A program made the position numbers and the translations under genes. A DNA stretch of 21,077 bases from Ignavibacteria bacterium (GTDB lineage Bacteria; Bacteroidota; Ignavibacteria; Ignavibacteriales; Ignavibacteriaceae), in contig JAJTBZ010000027.1 in assembly GCA_021286645.1 (NCBI GenBank), forward strand, positions 1 to 21,077, read 5' to 3'. The notes under the pieces are model-generated. The model saw only the letters and a program-made list of their open reading frames with translations, made no database searches and was not told where the DNA came from. Shown here piece after piece: positions 9,143-17,309 of the stretch. How positions within the stretch are numbered: the stretch's first letter is position 1; every line of letters starts with the position of its first letter.

Positions 9143-9458
9143 CGGAGCACGTCTATTAAAACCTTCCAGCTCCTAATTAGCGTGGTGTTTCTACTGCCGG
9201 CAGGAGCAGGGCATTAATGAAATTTCCCGGAGCAATGTTTGTGTATTTTTGCATGGGAGCAGAATAAAAATACGGTCAATTAAAGGGAGGTGCATAAGAA
9301 TAACTAATAATTTCTCAAATGATCCCGCTGGATATAATGGCTTCCATCCAGGGGTAATAATTTGCCAAAGGGAGAGAAAATCTAACGAATCTATTGAAAA
9401 CTTGGAGCTGTAATCGGAGCACGTAAGCATGGGAGCAAGTTGTGCAAATGTCTGCTCC
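9143..9458. repeat. Cluster of GGAGCA motifs and exact short repeats in the 663-bp divergent intergenic region 9042-9704
   Basis: GGAGCA begins at 9145, 9203, 9229, 9256, 9416 and 9431. The reverse TGCTCC begins at 9453 and 9621. Exact 10-mer CGGAGCACGT occurs at 9143-9152 and 9414-9423. Exact 11-mer GCATGGGAGCA occurs at 9251-9261 and 9426-9436. A hairpin has stems GGGAGCA (9430-9436) and TGCTCCC (9452-9458). Confidence 0.5.
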
Positions 9459-9689
9459 CTGTAAATGATGCTTGTAAGTGTTTGTATAACAAATAGTTAA
9501 ATAGATGATTTTTCGGCATTTTAGCTGAATTAATCTGAATAACTGTAAAAAAAATGACTATCAGATTGGATATTTAGCACTTTACGTATAAAACACGCGC
9601 GGAGGGTGTCAATTTCTTCGTGCTCCGAAAACCCGGCAGGTGTTTGCTATGAAGTAATTGAGATGATTTAACCTATTGTAACTAAAATA

Positions 9690-9694
9690 ATTAA
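9690..9694 (+). promoter_or_regulatory. Shine-Dalgarno GGAGG for the Fib_succ_major gene
   Basis: GGAGG lies 10 nt upstream of ATG 9705. Confidence 0.55.
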
Positions 9695-9704
9695 CGGAGG
9701 TTTT

Positions 9705-10676
9705 ATGAAGTGTAAATATGTAATATTCTGTGCGTTAATGTGCATGTGGCTTTCACGTGTAACTTTGGCGGGCACGGCTTCAGTTTTTAGCGATTCAATA
9801 GTGACCGACTGGGACGGGAATCACTATCATACTGTTGCAATTGGTGGCCAGGTATGGCTTCAGGAAAATCTTGCATCCAGCCACTACTGGAACGGGCAGG
9901 CAATTTCCGGAGCAGTAAATTATCAGAATAGCGATAGTCTGGGAGCAATTTATGGTAAACTCTACTCATGGGATGCTGCAATGAATGGAGCCATAGTCGA
10001 GGGTTCTCAGGGAGCATGCCCATCAGGTTGGCATGTTCCGTCAGATAAAGAATGGAGTAAATTGGAATCTTTTCTGGGCGGGGTTTCCGAAGCCGGTATG
10101 AAACTGAAAGAATCCGGGACTGTTCATTGGAAGGCTCCAAATACATATTCGACGAATAGTTCGGGTTTTTCACTTTTACCGGCCGGTGAATTTGATGCTC
10201 ACTACACACCTAATGTTTTTCAGTTAATGGGGCAGTATGCTGTTCTTTGGACTTCAACCCAAACATCCTCCACTATTGCGAAAGAACGATATTTTGGATG
10301 GGATACCGCGGCAAGTATGCAGTACAATTGGTACAAAACAATGAAATACTCAGTACGTTGCCTTAAGGATACGGGCAACAGTTCAGTTCAGCAACCGGAG
10401 ATAAAAAAACCGGTGGGGCTAACTATTATTACGAATTTTCCCAACCCTTTTAACCCCTCTACTACAATTTCGATATTTGTAGAAAAACAGGGAGTTATAC
10501 AATTACATTTCTATAACTCCGTCGGTTTGGAAGTAGATAGTTTTAGCTATATAGCGGGTATAGCCGGAGTGCATGCAATACAATGGAAAGTGAGCGGCTT
10601 ACCCTCGGGCGTATATATTTGTTCAGCACAGTGCGGGTCGGAGTATCAGGTAAGAAAAATGATTTTATTGAAGTGA
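9705..10676 (+). CDS. Secreted protein with a Fibrobacter-succinogenes-major-paralogous domain (TIGR02145-like) and a T9SS-type C-terminal sorting domain
   Basis: The N-terminus has a signal peptide. DWDGNHYHTVAIGGQVWLQENL...YGKLYSWDAA...CPSGWHVPSDKEWSKL matches the Fib_succ_major signature. The C-terminal FPNPFNPSTTISI...GVYICS is characteristic of a Por/T9SS CTD. Confidence 0.75.
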   Translation: MKCKYVIFCALMCMWLSRVTLAGTASVFSDSIVTDWDGNHYHTVAIGGQVWLQENLASSHYWNGQAISGAVNYQNSDSLGAIYGKLYSWDAAMNGAIVEGSQGACPSGWHVPSDKEWSKLESFLGGVSEAGMKLKESGTVHWKAPNTYSTNSSGFSLLPAGEFDAHYTPNVFQLMGQYAVLWTSTQTSSTIAKERYFGWDTAASMQYNWYKTMKYSVRCLKDTGNSSVQQPEIKKPVGLTIITNFPNPFNPSTTISIFVEKQGVIQLHFYNSVGLEVDSFSYIAGIAGVHAIQWKVSGLPSGVYICSAQCGSEYQVRKMILLK

Positions 10677-10679
10677 TTG

Positions 10680-10719
10680 CAAAAAAAAAGAGCCCCGTTG
10701 ACCGGGGCTCAAATTTTCA
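10680..10719. terminator. Bidirectional rho-independent terminator
   Basis: A9 tract (10680-10689) is followed by a perfect 8-bp stem GAGCCCCG (10690-10697) / CGGGGCTC (10703-10710) with a 5-nt loop. On the minus strand the hairpin is followed by T9, a strong terminator for the flotillin gene. Confidence 0.7.
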
Positions 10720-10728
10720 AAGTGACTT

Positions 10729-12798
10729 TTATTCCTGCTTTGGTAGTTCAGGAGTTTTACCAGAATTAAAGGCCATTAATTTGGTCAGGTAACCGGAGAG
10801 CAAGCCTCCAAGATTATCACCACCCTGTACAAGGAAATCAGGAGTAACTTTTACATTGCCGGTCGCTATTTGCTTAGCTATTTCAATGGCCGTTACACCT
10901 TCCATACCAATAGCTTTATTTTGCAATTCATACGATGTTGCAGTAGCTTCACCAATTGCCAGAATTTTTGAACCTTCGGCTTCGCCTTTTGCTTTAATAC
11001 CCTTAGCTTCACCTTCTGCACGTAATCGGATACTTTCAGCTTCACCTTCAGCGTATTTGATGGCTTTTACCCGGTTTTGTTCAGCAATTTGCACACCAAT
11101 TTCGGCTTCTACAAGGTTCTTTTGCTGATCGGCCTCGGCGCGTGTTTTTTCTGTTGCAATACGAGTCTGTTCGGCTTTTTGCATATCCTGATACATTGCC
11201 TGCTGCTGCTGGGCAATAATCTTTTTGGTCTGGGTGTCCATAAGTTCCTGAGGAAGACTTATTTGGCAGATTAATACAGAAACACATTCCACGTGGTATT
11301 TTTCCAGTTCAAGTTTTGTGCGTTCTTCGGCTTTTTTCTGTTCGTCCTGCCGATCCTGCATGAAATTCATTGCACTGGTTGACGATGCCTGATTGCGGAA
11401 ACTTGAATCAATCATCGGGTGAATAACATGGAGAATCAGATTCTCGATTGAACCAATCTTGGCAACCATATAGGGTGCCTGATCGGGACGAATTCTGATA
11501 ACTACTTTAACAGAAACGCTAATAGTAAAACCATCACGAGAAATAACTTTTAACGGGTCAAAACGAGTTTCTTTGCTGTCATCCCAATCAATGGTAATAT
11601 TTGTCGTATCTACAATGTACGCTAAATAGGCTCGGCGGTTTAGATAGTAAAATCCCGGGCCGGCTACTTCCTGTTGTATACCACGGAAACCGCTTGGAAC
11701 CACATATCGCTCAATACCTTTTTCGAGACGATTTTCAATCTCTTTATATGCTTCCGAACCGGCTGCCGCACCTTCTTCCTTCGCTGCAGCGTTAACAAGA
11801 TTTCTTATTTGGGCTGGTTCTTCGCCAACGTTGGAAACTACCACAGCAACCTGTCCACGTTCAACTATCGCTACATCGTCAAGCTCAACTTTAAAGATCA
11901 TCGGGTTTATATAATATGTACCCGGTTTTAGAACGTCAAACTGAGGGCCACGCTGCCCGCCAGCTTCAAGAAATTTCGATGCATCTTGAAAATCATTATG
12001 ATTGGCAACCGATTTAGCCACGTATTCATTTTGTGGCAATGGCTCACCATCCAATGCAGTAACCAACCCAACTTTATTGGGTGGAATTATCGTTGCTTCT
12101 CTTATTTCAACTTTAAACAGAGCCGTGTTGATACGGTAAGTACCTGGTAAAAGAATATCAATTTGTGGGCCTTTTTGACCCTGATTCTTGAGAAAGGCTT
12201 CGCCGTCTTCAAAATTTGAATGCCCGGTAATTCGTTTTGCCAACAGTCGTCCCGGAGGTATCTGCAATCCGTCTGTCGAAGTAACAATACCAATCTGTCC
12301 CTTCTGGATTGATGTGGAAGGTTGCTTTTTTACCTTAAAGAGCATTGTATTGATTCTAAAGGTTCCCGGAGGCAGAATTTCGATTTGCGGCCCTTTTTCA
12401 CCATCATTTTTTAGGAAAGCCTCTCCATCCTGGAATGCATTATGGCCTGATACGACTCGGGCGAAAATCTTTCCCGGAGGAACCGGGTTCCCATCGATTG
12501 ATTCTACGAGGCCAATTTCATCTTCTAAAATTGTTGTAAATTCAAGTTTTTTGGTCTTATAGATAAATGGAATAAGGAAATGTAGCCCTGGCCCTAAGGT
12601 TCTGGCCTGGATACCAATTTCATCCGTAAGAGCGATTACCCGGTTTTGAGCAAGGTTTTTGCCTAAATATCTACGTTCAACGAGAGCAATTTGCGTACCG
12701 CTGACTATAACTATGGTATTAAATAAAACAATAATTAATACGATAATTAATGTAAGCAGCAGAGGATTTGTAACCAGTTCGTGAAATAATTCGACCAT
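10729..12798 (-). CDS. Flotillin-like SPFH (band 7) protein with an N-terminal TM anchor, three ~74-aa tandem repeats, an SPFH domain and a C-terminal Glu/Ala-rich flotillin coiled coil
   Basis: N-terminal hydrophobic segment, then ALVERRYLG...LGPGLHFLIPFI, a typical SPFH start. The C-terminal EAEGEAKGIKAKGEAEG repeats are flotillin hallmarks. The internal repeats have the pattern DG-P-PPG...GH-F-DGEAFLKN-G-KGPQI-IL-PGTYRINT-LFKV. Confidence 0.8.
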   Translation of the reverse strand: MVELFHELVTNPLLLTLIIVLIIVLFNTIVIVSGTQIALVERRYLGKNLAQNRVIALTDEIGIQARTLGPGLHFLIPFIYKTKKLEFTTILEDEIGLVESIDGNPVPPGKIFARVVSGHNAFQDGEAFLKNDGEKGPQIEILPPGTFRINTMLFKVKKQPSTSIQKGQIGIVTSTDGLQIPPGRLLAKRITGHSNFEDGEAFLKNQGQKGPQIDILLPGTYRINTALFKVEIREATIIPPNKVGLVTALDGEPLPQNEYVAKSVANHNDFQDASKFLEAGGQRGPQFDVLKPGTYYINPMIFKVELDDVAIVERGQVAVVVSNVGEEPAQIRNLVNAAAKEEGAAAGSEAYKEIENRLEKGIERYVVPSGFRGIQQEVAGPGFYYLNRRAYLAYIVDTTNITIDWDDSKETRFDPLKVISRDGFTISVSVKVVIRIRPDQAPYMVAKIGSIENLILHVIHPMIDSSFRNQASSTSAMNFMQDRQDEQKKAEERTKLELEKYHVECVSVLICQISLPQELMDTQTKKIIAQQQQAMYQDMQKAEQTRIATEKTRAEADQQKNLVEAEIGVQIAEQNRVKAIKYAEGEAESIRLRAEGEAKGIKAKGEAEGSKILAIGEATATSYELQNKAIGMEGVTAIEIAKQIATGNVKVTPDFLVQGGDNLGGLLSGYLTKLMAFNSGKTPELPKQE
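11887..12519 (-). repeat. Three diverged tandem coding repeats (period ~222 nt / 74 aa) inside the flotillin gene
   Basis: aa 94-156, 168-230 and 242-304 of the 689-aa product align with about 50% identity. Each resembles the first beta-hairpin of the SPFH domain (GP...L.PG...IN...FKV). Confidence 0.65.
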
Positions 12799-12824
12799 AC
12801 TATACCTATAATAAATGTGTAATT

Positions 12825-12847
12825 CAAAATTACATATTTGAACAAAC
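12825..12847. promoter_or_regulatory. Near-perfect palindrome ATGTGTAATT-caa-AATTACATAT in the divergent flotillin/hemerythrin promoter region. Candidate operator.
   Basis: 9 of 10 positions are symmetric and the 7-bp arms TGTAATT/AATTACA are perfect. It lies 27 nt upstream of the flotillin start and about 100 nt upstream of the hemerythrin start. Confidence 0.3.
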
Positions 12848-12944
12848 GTCCGAAAGCAGAATCGGTAAAATCTGGTATTCGTATAAAGAAATTTTTACAG
12901 AAGGTTTTATTTGCTGTAAGTATTGTTTAAACTTTGGAGTAGCT

Positions 12945-13349
12945 ATGCCTTTAATTAACTGGGCTGATTCGATGAGTGTTGGTATTCCTGAAATAGATGA
13001 TCAGCATAAAAAGTTAATAGATCTGACTAATCTTTTTTATGCAGCAATGAATGCCGGTAAAAGCAGAGAGGTTACCGGGCATATTATAGCTGAATTGGTA
13101 GCATATACAGAATATCATTTCTCAGCAGAAGAGCAACTCATGGAAAGTCGTTCTTATCCGGGTTTGGAAGAGCACAAAAAGGAACACCTTAAACTTACTT
13201 TGCAAGTTAAAGATCTGTATGTACGACATGAAAAAGGGAACCTTATCATATCAATGGAGATCATGAATTTTTTGCGTGATTGGTTAAACAATCATATAAA
13301 GGAATCTGACAGGCAATACCAGCGCTACTTTTCGCGGTCCGGCGCGTAA
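12945..13349 (+). CDS. Bacteriohemerythrin (hemerythrin-like metal-binding protein)
   Basis: 134 aa. W-x-x-SMSVGIPEIDDQHKKLI, HFSAEEQLME, EHKKEHLKL and FLRDWLNNHIKESDRQY match the His/Glu/Asp iron-ligand pattern of bacteriohemerythrins. GGAG lies 5 nt upstream of the ATG. Confidence 0.85.
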   Translation: MPLINWADSMSVGIPEIDDQHKKLIDLTNLFYAAMNAGKSREVTGHIIAELVAYTEYHFSAEEQLMESRSYPGLEEHKKEHLKLTLQVKDLYVRHEKGNLIISMEIMNFLRDWLNNHIKESDRQYQRYFSRSGA

Positions 13350-13370
13350 TTTACCATATTATAATATTCG

Positions 13371-15659
13371 CTATTTTGCAGCAAATTTCTCAGCTATCTT
13401 GTTTTCAAGTACATACAGGCATACCTGCAAAGCACCTTCTTCGGTATAATTAAACCTGGCTTGTAAATTATGTATGAGAAAACGTACTTCCTCTTTTGTT
13501 TTAGAATCGAATACTTCGAATTTTGGGGTGCCATATTCCTTTATCGCATTTTCAAATGATGTGTATTGCAGGAAAGGCTGAAAAATATTTTCACGTAAAT
13601 TATACATATATGTTGCATACAGTTCTTTATATACCTGCGTATCTTCAAGCAATAAACCATTAGCGTTCATATCCTGTAGACAAATAGTTAGCTTATACGA
13701 TTGCTGTTTCCGAAAATTTATTTTCTCGCTTTCCGACGTTCCTTTTTTGATAATTCGTTGTTCAAAAGAATTGAAAAATGCATCACTAATTTCAATGGTT
13801 TCATTCGTGTACGGACAGAGGAGTTTCTGATTAATATCATAACTCAGTGCAAAAAGATAATTTTTAATGTCATTAATTATTCGTTCCTCATTTTGGTGGA
13901 AGAGTGATTCTTTAATATGCTGCATAACATTATAATCGTACATATGGATAATGGAAGTGATAAAATTCTTCGGAATCTTAGCCGAGTATTCATCATTCTC
14001 TTCAAAGAATTTCCTGATATGATTCATTGTTATCAGCACCGGGCGCTTTGTTCCACCGGTTTCGTTAAATGTTTTCTTGGCGTGGTCATAAAATTCACCA
14101 AAAATATTTATTGACTCCCGCCCCGAGAATCCCTTGCTGCCTTCAGATTCCGATTCATCTATCAATTGTCTGCGCAATTCTTTAGTAAATGTTTTCCGGT
14201 CTTCCTCCAACAGATAGGATGGAATTATATTATTATAGATACTCAGCTTTAACAGCAGCAGGTTCTCATCGCAGTATTTACTGTAGAGAGACGGATTTTT
14301 TATCCATTTTGACATAGTATCAGATCTGGTGTTCAGACGTGAACTAATGATAATTTTAGCAAAATTATTTAGTACATCGGGTAGAAATTTATTACTGATT
14401 TGCTTGCCAAACGCATTGCAGTACACCTTCACTTCTTCAGTATAATTCAATATATAGTTTACATTTATTTCTACAATCCTGTCTCTAAATGATTCTTTGT
14501 CAATAATCTTTTCTTTGTCTTCCGGATTCATAATTGCAATGAATAAAGAATTGACGTTTTCTTCAATATCATCAATTTTATGAATTCCTTCACTAATTAT
14601 TCCATGAAGATCGTGAAACCTTTTTTCGTTATCTCCTTTTACATCCATTAGGGCGAAGATACCGTTATTCGTATTGGCGTATCGGGAGTAAATATACTTC
14701 ACCAGGCTGCTGTCTCGAAATATTCCGTTCAACTCATCCTGCAGCTTTTCATTTTTTAATACAAGCCTGTCCGGAGTCTTATCAGCCGGGTTGTATATAG
14801 TGATACCCCTCCCGAGCCGTCGGTTAAAGTTATTCTTTCGGGCATAAATCATGTCGAATATATCCGTCGGGGAATCAAGCTTGCCGATAAGAGCATTAAA
14901 AATAGATGAACAAATGGTGCAAGGGTTCTTTTTAAACAGCCACTCATATTCCTTTTTGTTAAATATTTTGGTTTTTTCTTTGCCAACAATAAGCCGTTCA
15001 AGCAGCTCGGCACGCATTTCTTTCGGGATAATCAAAAATGGATGATCGTGACTCGGGCAGGGAATTTCGAAAAAATTATGCTTCGGCTCGAGTCCCTTAT
15101 TTTCATATTTCTCATAATACGCTTCGATTAGGCCCTTCATTTGGTGGGTTAATTGTACTGAAATTGCGGCGAGATCAATTCGCCAAAAGATTTCATAACT
15201 GGTACCTTCAGGTGTATTCGAATATTCCTCAAATCGTTTAAGTAAATTGTTTAAAAAAGTACTTTTACCGCTTCCGGGAGGGCCGATAAAAACATATATT
15301 TTGTTCTGTTGCGCACCGCTTCGCAATGCATCGGCCCAACGGAGCATCCTGTTCGCGAGTGGCAAGTCGGCAAAAAAAGGAGTGTCGGTATTTTTAACGA
15401 ACAGGTTATCAGAATTTATTGTTTGATAATGAATATTTTCAGGATCATTCGCGTATTCATCCTCGCGGCTGGTATAGTAATAAAGCATACCGCTAAATTG
15501 CTGGAAAATACTACGAAATACCAAAAGTGGATTTTCAGCAGCTTTTAACAGAAATTCATTGAATGGTATAATTGTTCCAAGTTCACGTTTGTTTAGCCTG
15601 GTTTTCAATAATTCCAATACATTATCAATATCGGCTTCATTAAATTTTTTTTGCTGCAT
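13371..15659 (-). CDS. Divergent PrkA-family P-loop protein (second PrkA/YeaG paralog), 762 aa. It is the terminal gene of the prkA-yeaH-spoVR operon.
   Basis: Walker A is VFIGPPGSGKST. CPSHDHPFLIIPKEMRAEL aligns with the E. coli YeaG region NDHPFCLFNPQEHAQIL as I remember that sequence. The block FALMDV...SLFIAIMNPEDKEKIIDKESFRDRIVEINVNYILNYTEE parallels the YeaG block GIILAHSNE...FLDRVYIVKVPYCLRISEE. The start codon lies 2 nt downstream of the spoVR stop. Confidence 0.7.
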   Translation of the reverse strand: MQQKKFNEADIDNVLELLKTRLNKRELGTIIPFNEFLLKAAENPLLVFRSIFQQFSGMLYYYTSREDEYANDPENIHYQTINSDNLFVKNTDTPFFADLPLANRMLRWADALRSGAQQNKIYVFIGPPGSGKSTFLNNLLKRFEEYSNTPEGTSYEIFWRIDLAAISVQLTHQMKGLIEAYYEKYENKGLEPKHNFFEIPCPSHDHPFLIIPKEMRAELLERLIVGKEKTKIFNKKEYEWLFKKNPCTICSSIFNALIGKLDSPTDIFDMIYARKNNFNRRLGRGITIYNPADKTPDRLVLKNEKLQDELNGIFRDSSLVKYIYSRYANTNNGIFALMDVKGDNEKRFHDLHGIISEGIHKIDDIEENVNSLFIAIMNPEDKEKIIDKESFRDRIVEINVNYILNYTEEVKVYCNAFGKQISNKFLPDVLNNFAKIIISSRLNTRSDTMSKWIKNPSLYSKYCDENLLLLKLSIYNNIIPSYLLEEDRKTFTKELRRQLIDESESEGSKGFSGRESINIFGEFYDHAKKTFNETGGTKRPVLITMNHIRKFFEENDEYSAKIPKNFITSIIHMYDYNVMQHIKESLFHQNEERIINDIKNYLFALSYDINQKLLCPYTNETIEISDAFFNSFEQRIIKKGTSESEKINFRKQQSYKLTICLQDMNANGLLLEDTQVYKELYATYMYNLRENIFQPFLQYTSFENAIKEYGTPKFEVFDSKTKEEVRFLIHNLQARFNYTEEGALQVCLYVLENKIAEKFAAK

Positions 15660-15661
15660 GG

Positions 15662-17305
15662 CTATGCTGCCTTTTGTTTCGTTACTTTTCTCTCTTTAAC
15701 CGAATATATAACACGATGGAATACCGGTTCAATTGTCTGTGGAATTGCAGTCGTTGCCGAATCCATCTTCGACTGCCGTTTTTTCATTTCTTCCAAATCA
15801 AGCTCAGTTGTTTCAAGATACACGGGATGCCCCCAAAGGTATTCCAGTCCCACGAGCGTGTTCGGAATGTACTCTCGGTAGAGCTCTTTATTTTCAAAAA
15901 TATGATTTAAATACAGAGATCCGTCGGGTTTCGTCTGAAATTCAATGTGGGGAGGATGATAAAGGCTATCGCTGATCATTTCTTTATAATCTTTGAGCTT
16001 CCTGCTTTTTACATAGTACTCTCTGGTATGGCGTTGGGGATTAATTCTTTGCCCCACTACAAACAGGTTATGTTTGTCCATGAAACTCTGGTCAAGAAAC
16101 TGACTAATAAAAGTAGAATCGAGGAAATTTTTCCGAACTGCAAAGATGAAGTCTTTCCCGGTTCCGGTTTGCTGATTATATAATTTTCGTTGCTCAGTAT
16201 CTGTTAGTTTTTGGAACTCGTAGGAATAGGCTCCTTTTTCAGCCATTTCCTCAATGTATGTAAACAATCTCCATCCAATAGCATAGGGATTCAGGCCTAC
16301 GCGCGATATGGCAGTTACATTTGCATTAATTCTGCTAAACCCTACTTCGTGCCCTTTAATTCTTTCATCATTCATAAAAAGTTTCTCGTGCCAGTAACTT
16401 GCCCAGCCCTCATTCATGATTTTAGTACGAATCATCGGTGAAAAATATAAGGAGGTGTCACGAATTATATCAATAACTCCATTCATCCACTTGTTTTCAT
16501 CAGTGTTAAGAAAATTGCTTTCTTCCATTACAAATTGCATCAAATCTCTGTATGGTACCTTTTTCTTTTCCGAATATACTTTGTATAATTCTTCAAACTC
16601 GGGGTTACGGATGAGTACTTTTTTCAGAAGCAAATCATGTTTGCTCTTATCGGCGGTATCTTCCAAATGATTATAGATATCAATCTCCTGTAGCAATTCT
16701 CTTTGTCCGGCTAAGCGAATGTTTTGCAAAAAATGGTTAAAATAAAAATCTATTTTATCCGGTAGAAGTGAACCGATTGGAACATCAGTGGTGCTATTCA
16801 GATCCTGAAAATATCCGACAAGATTATCTATGCCTTTTGCAAACTCAATCACGTAATCGACTTTACGCCCTTTCTGTGTACGTAGTTTCGCTATCATTCT
16901 TTTTTCCGTGAGGGCTTTCTCCTTAAAATCATAATCCCAGGTTTTTTCAAAGAATTTATTATTTTGAAAGAAATCAATGTGGCCCAATACGTGGTAAAAA
17001 ATCATCACATTTAACCAGTCGGGGTTATTATCGTTATAGAATGAAATAACCGGACGAGTGTTGATTACTGTTTCATAGGGGTTAGAAGGATAAATTTCAT
17101 ATTCACCTTTGCCATGCAGTACCTGGATATCCTGAAGCCAGTAATCGTAAAGTGTCGGAATCATGTTCTTTGGGGAAAGTTCAAGCATATCAACATTGGT
17201 TACATAGTATTCCAATGTTTCTGCATCGAACACTAACCCGGCATCCCGGGCACGTTCCTTGCAACCTTCCATGATGCGTTTTGTGTGTTGATCTATTAAT
17301 TGCAT
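15662..17305 (-). CDS. spoVR: SpoVR/YcgB-family protein
   Basis: 547 aa. Its length and its position downstream of yeaH and prkA fit the conserved yeaG-yeaH-ycgB module, and I recognise the N-terminal region as SpoVR-like. The start is 4 nt after the yeaH stop. Confidence 0.75.
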   Translation of the reverse strand: MQLIDQHTKRIMEGCKERARDAGLVFDAETLEYYVTNVDMLELSPKNMIPTLYDYWLQDIQVLHGKGEYEIYPSNPYETVINTRPVISFYNDNNPDWLNVMIFYHVLGHIDFFQNNKFFEKTWDYDFKEKALTEKRMIAKLRTQKGRKVDYVIEFAKGIDNLVGYFQDLNSTTDVPIGSLLPDKIDFYFNHFLQNIRLAGQRELLQEIDIYNHLEDTADKSKHDLLLKKVLIRNPEFEELYKVYSEKKKVPYRDLMQFVMEESNFLNTDENKWMNGVIDIIRDTSLYFSPMIRTKIMNEGWASYWHEKLFMNDERIKGHEVGFSRINANVTAISRVGLNPYAIGWRLFTYIEEMAEKGAYSYEFQKLTDTEQRKLYNQQTGTGKDFIFAVRKNFLDSTFISQFLDQSFMDKHNLFVVGQRINPQRHTREYYVKSRKLKDYKEMISDSLYHPPHIEFQTKPDGSLYLNHIFENKELYREYIPNTLVGLEYLWGHPVYLETTELDLEEMKKRQSKMDSATTAIPQTIEPVFHRVIYSVKERKVTKQKAA

Positions 17306-17309
17306 AGGC

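Noticed and set aside
9191-9430. 79-aa minus-strand ORF inside the long intergenic region
   Set aside because: The sequence is low-complexity and Leu/Ser-rich, has no SD, and overlaps the GGAGCA repeat cluster. The ORF is more likely a by-product of the repeats than a gene.
9629-9648. Sigma-54-like element CGGCAGG-tgt-TTGCT upstream of the Fib_succ_major gene
   Set aside because: GG-to-GC spacing is one nucleotide short of the strict -24/-12 geometry and the -24 box lacks the T-GG-CAC core. Probably coincidental.
13350-13370. Short AT-rich palindrome ATATTATAATAT between convergent hemerythrin and prkA2 genes
   Set aside because: There is no GC-rich stem or T-tract. It is too weak to call a terminator.
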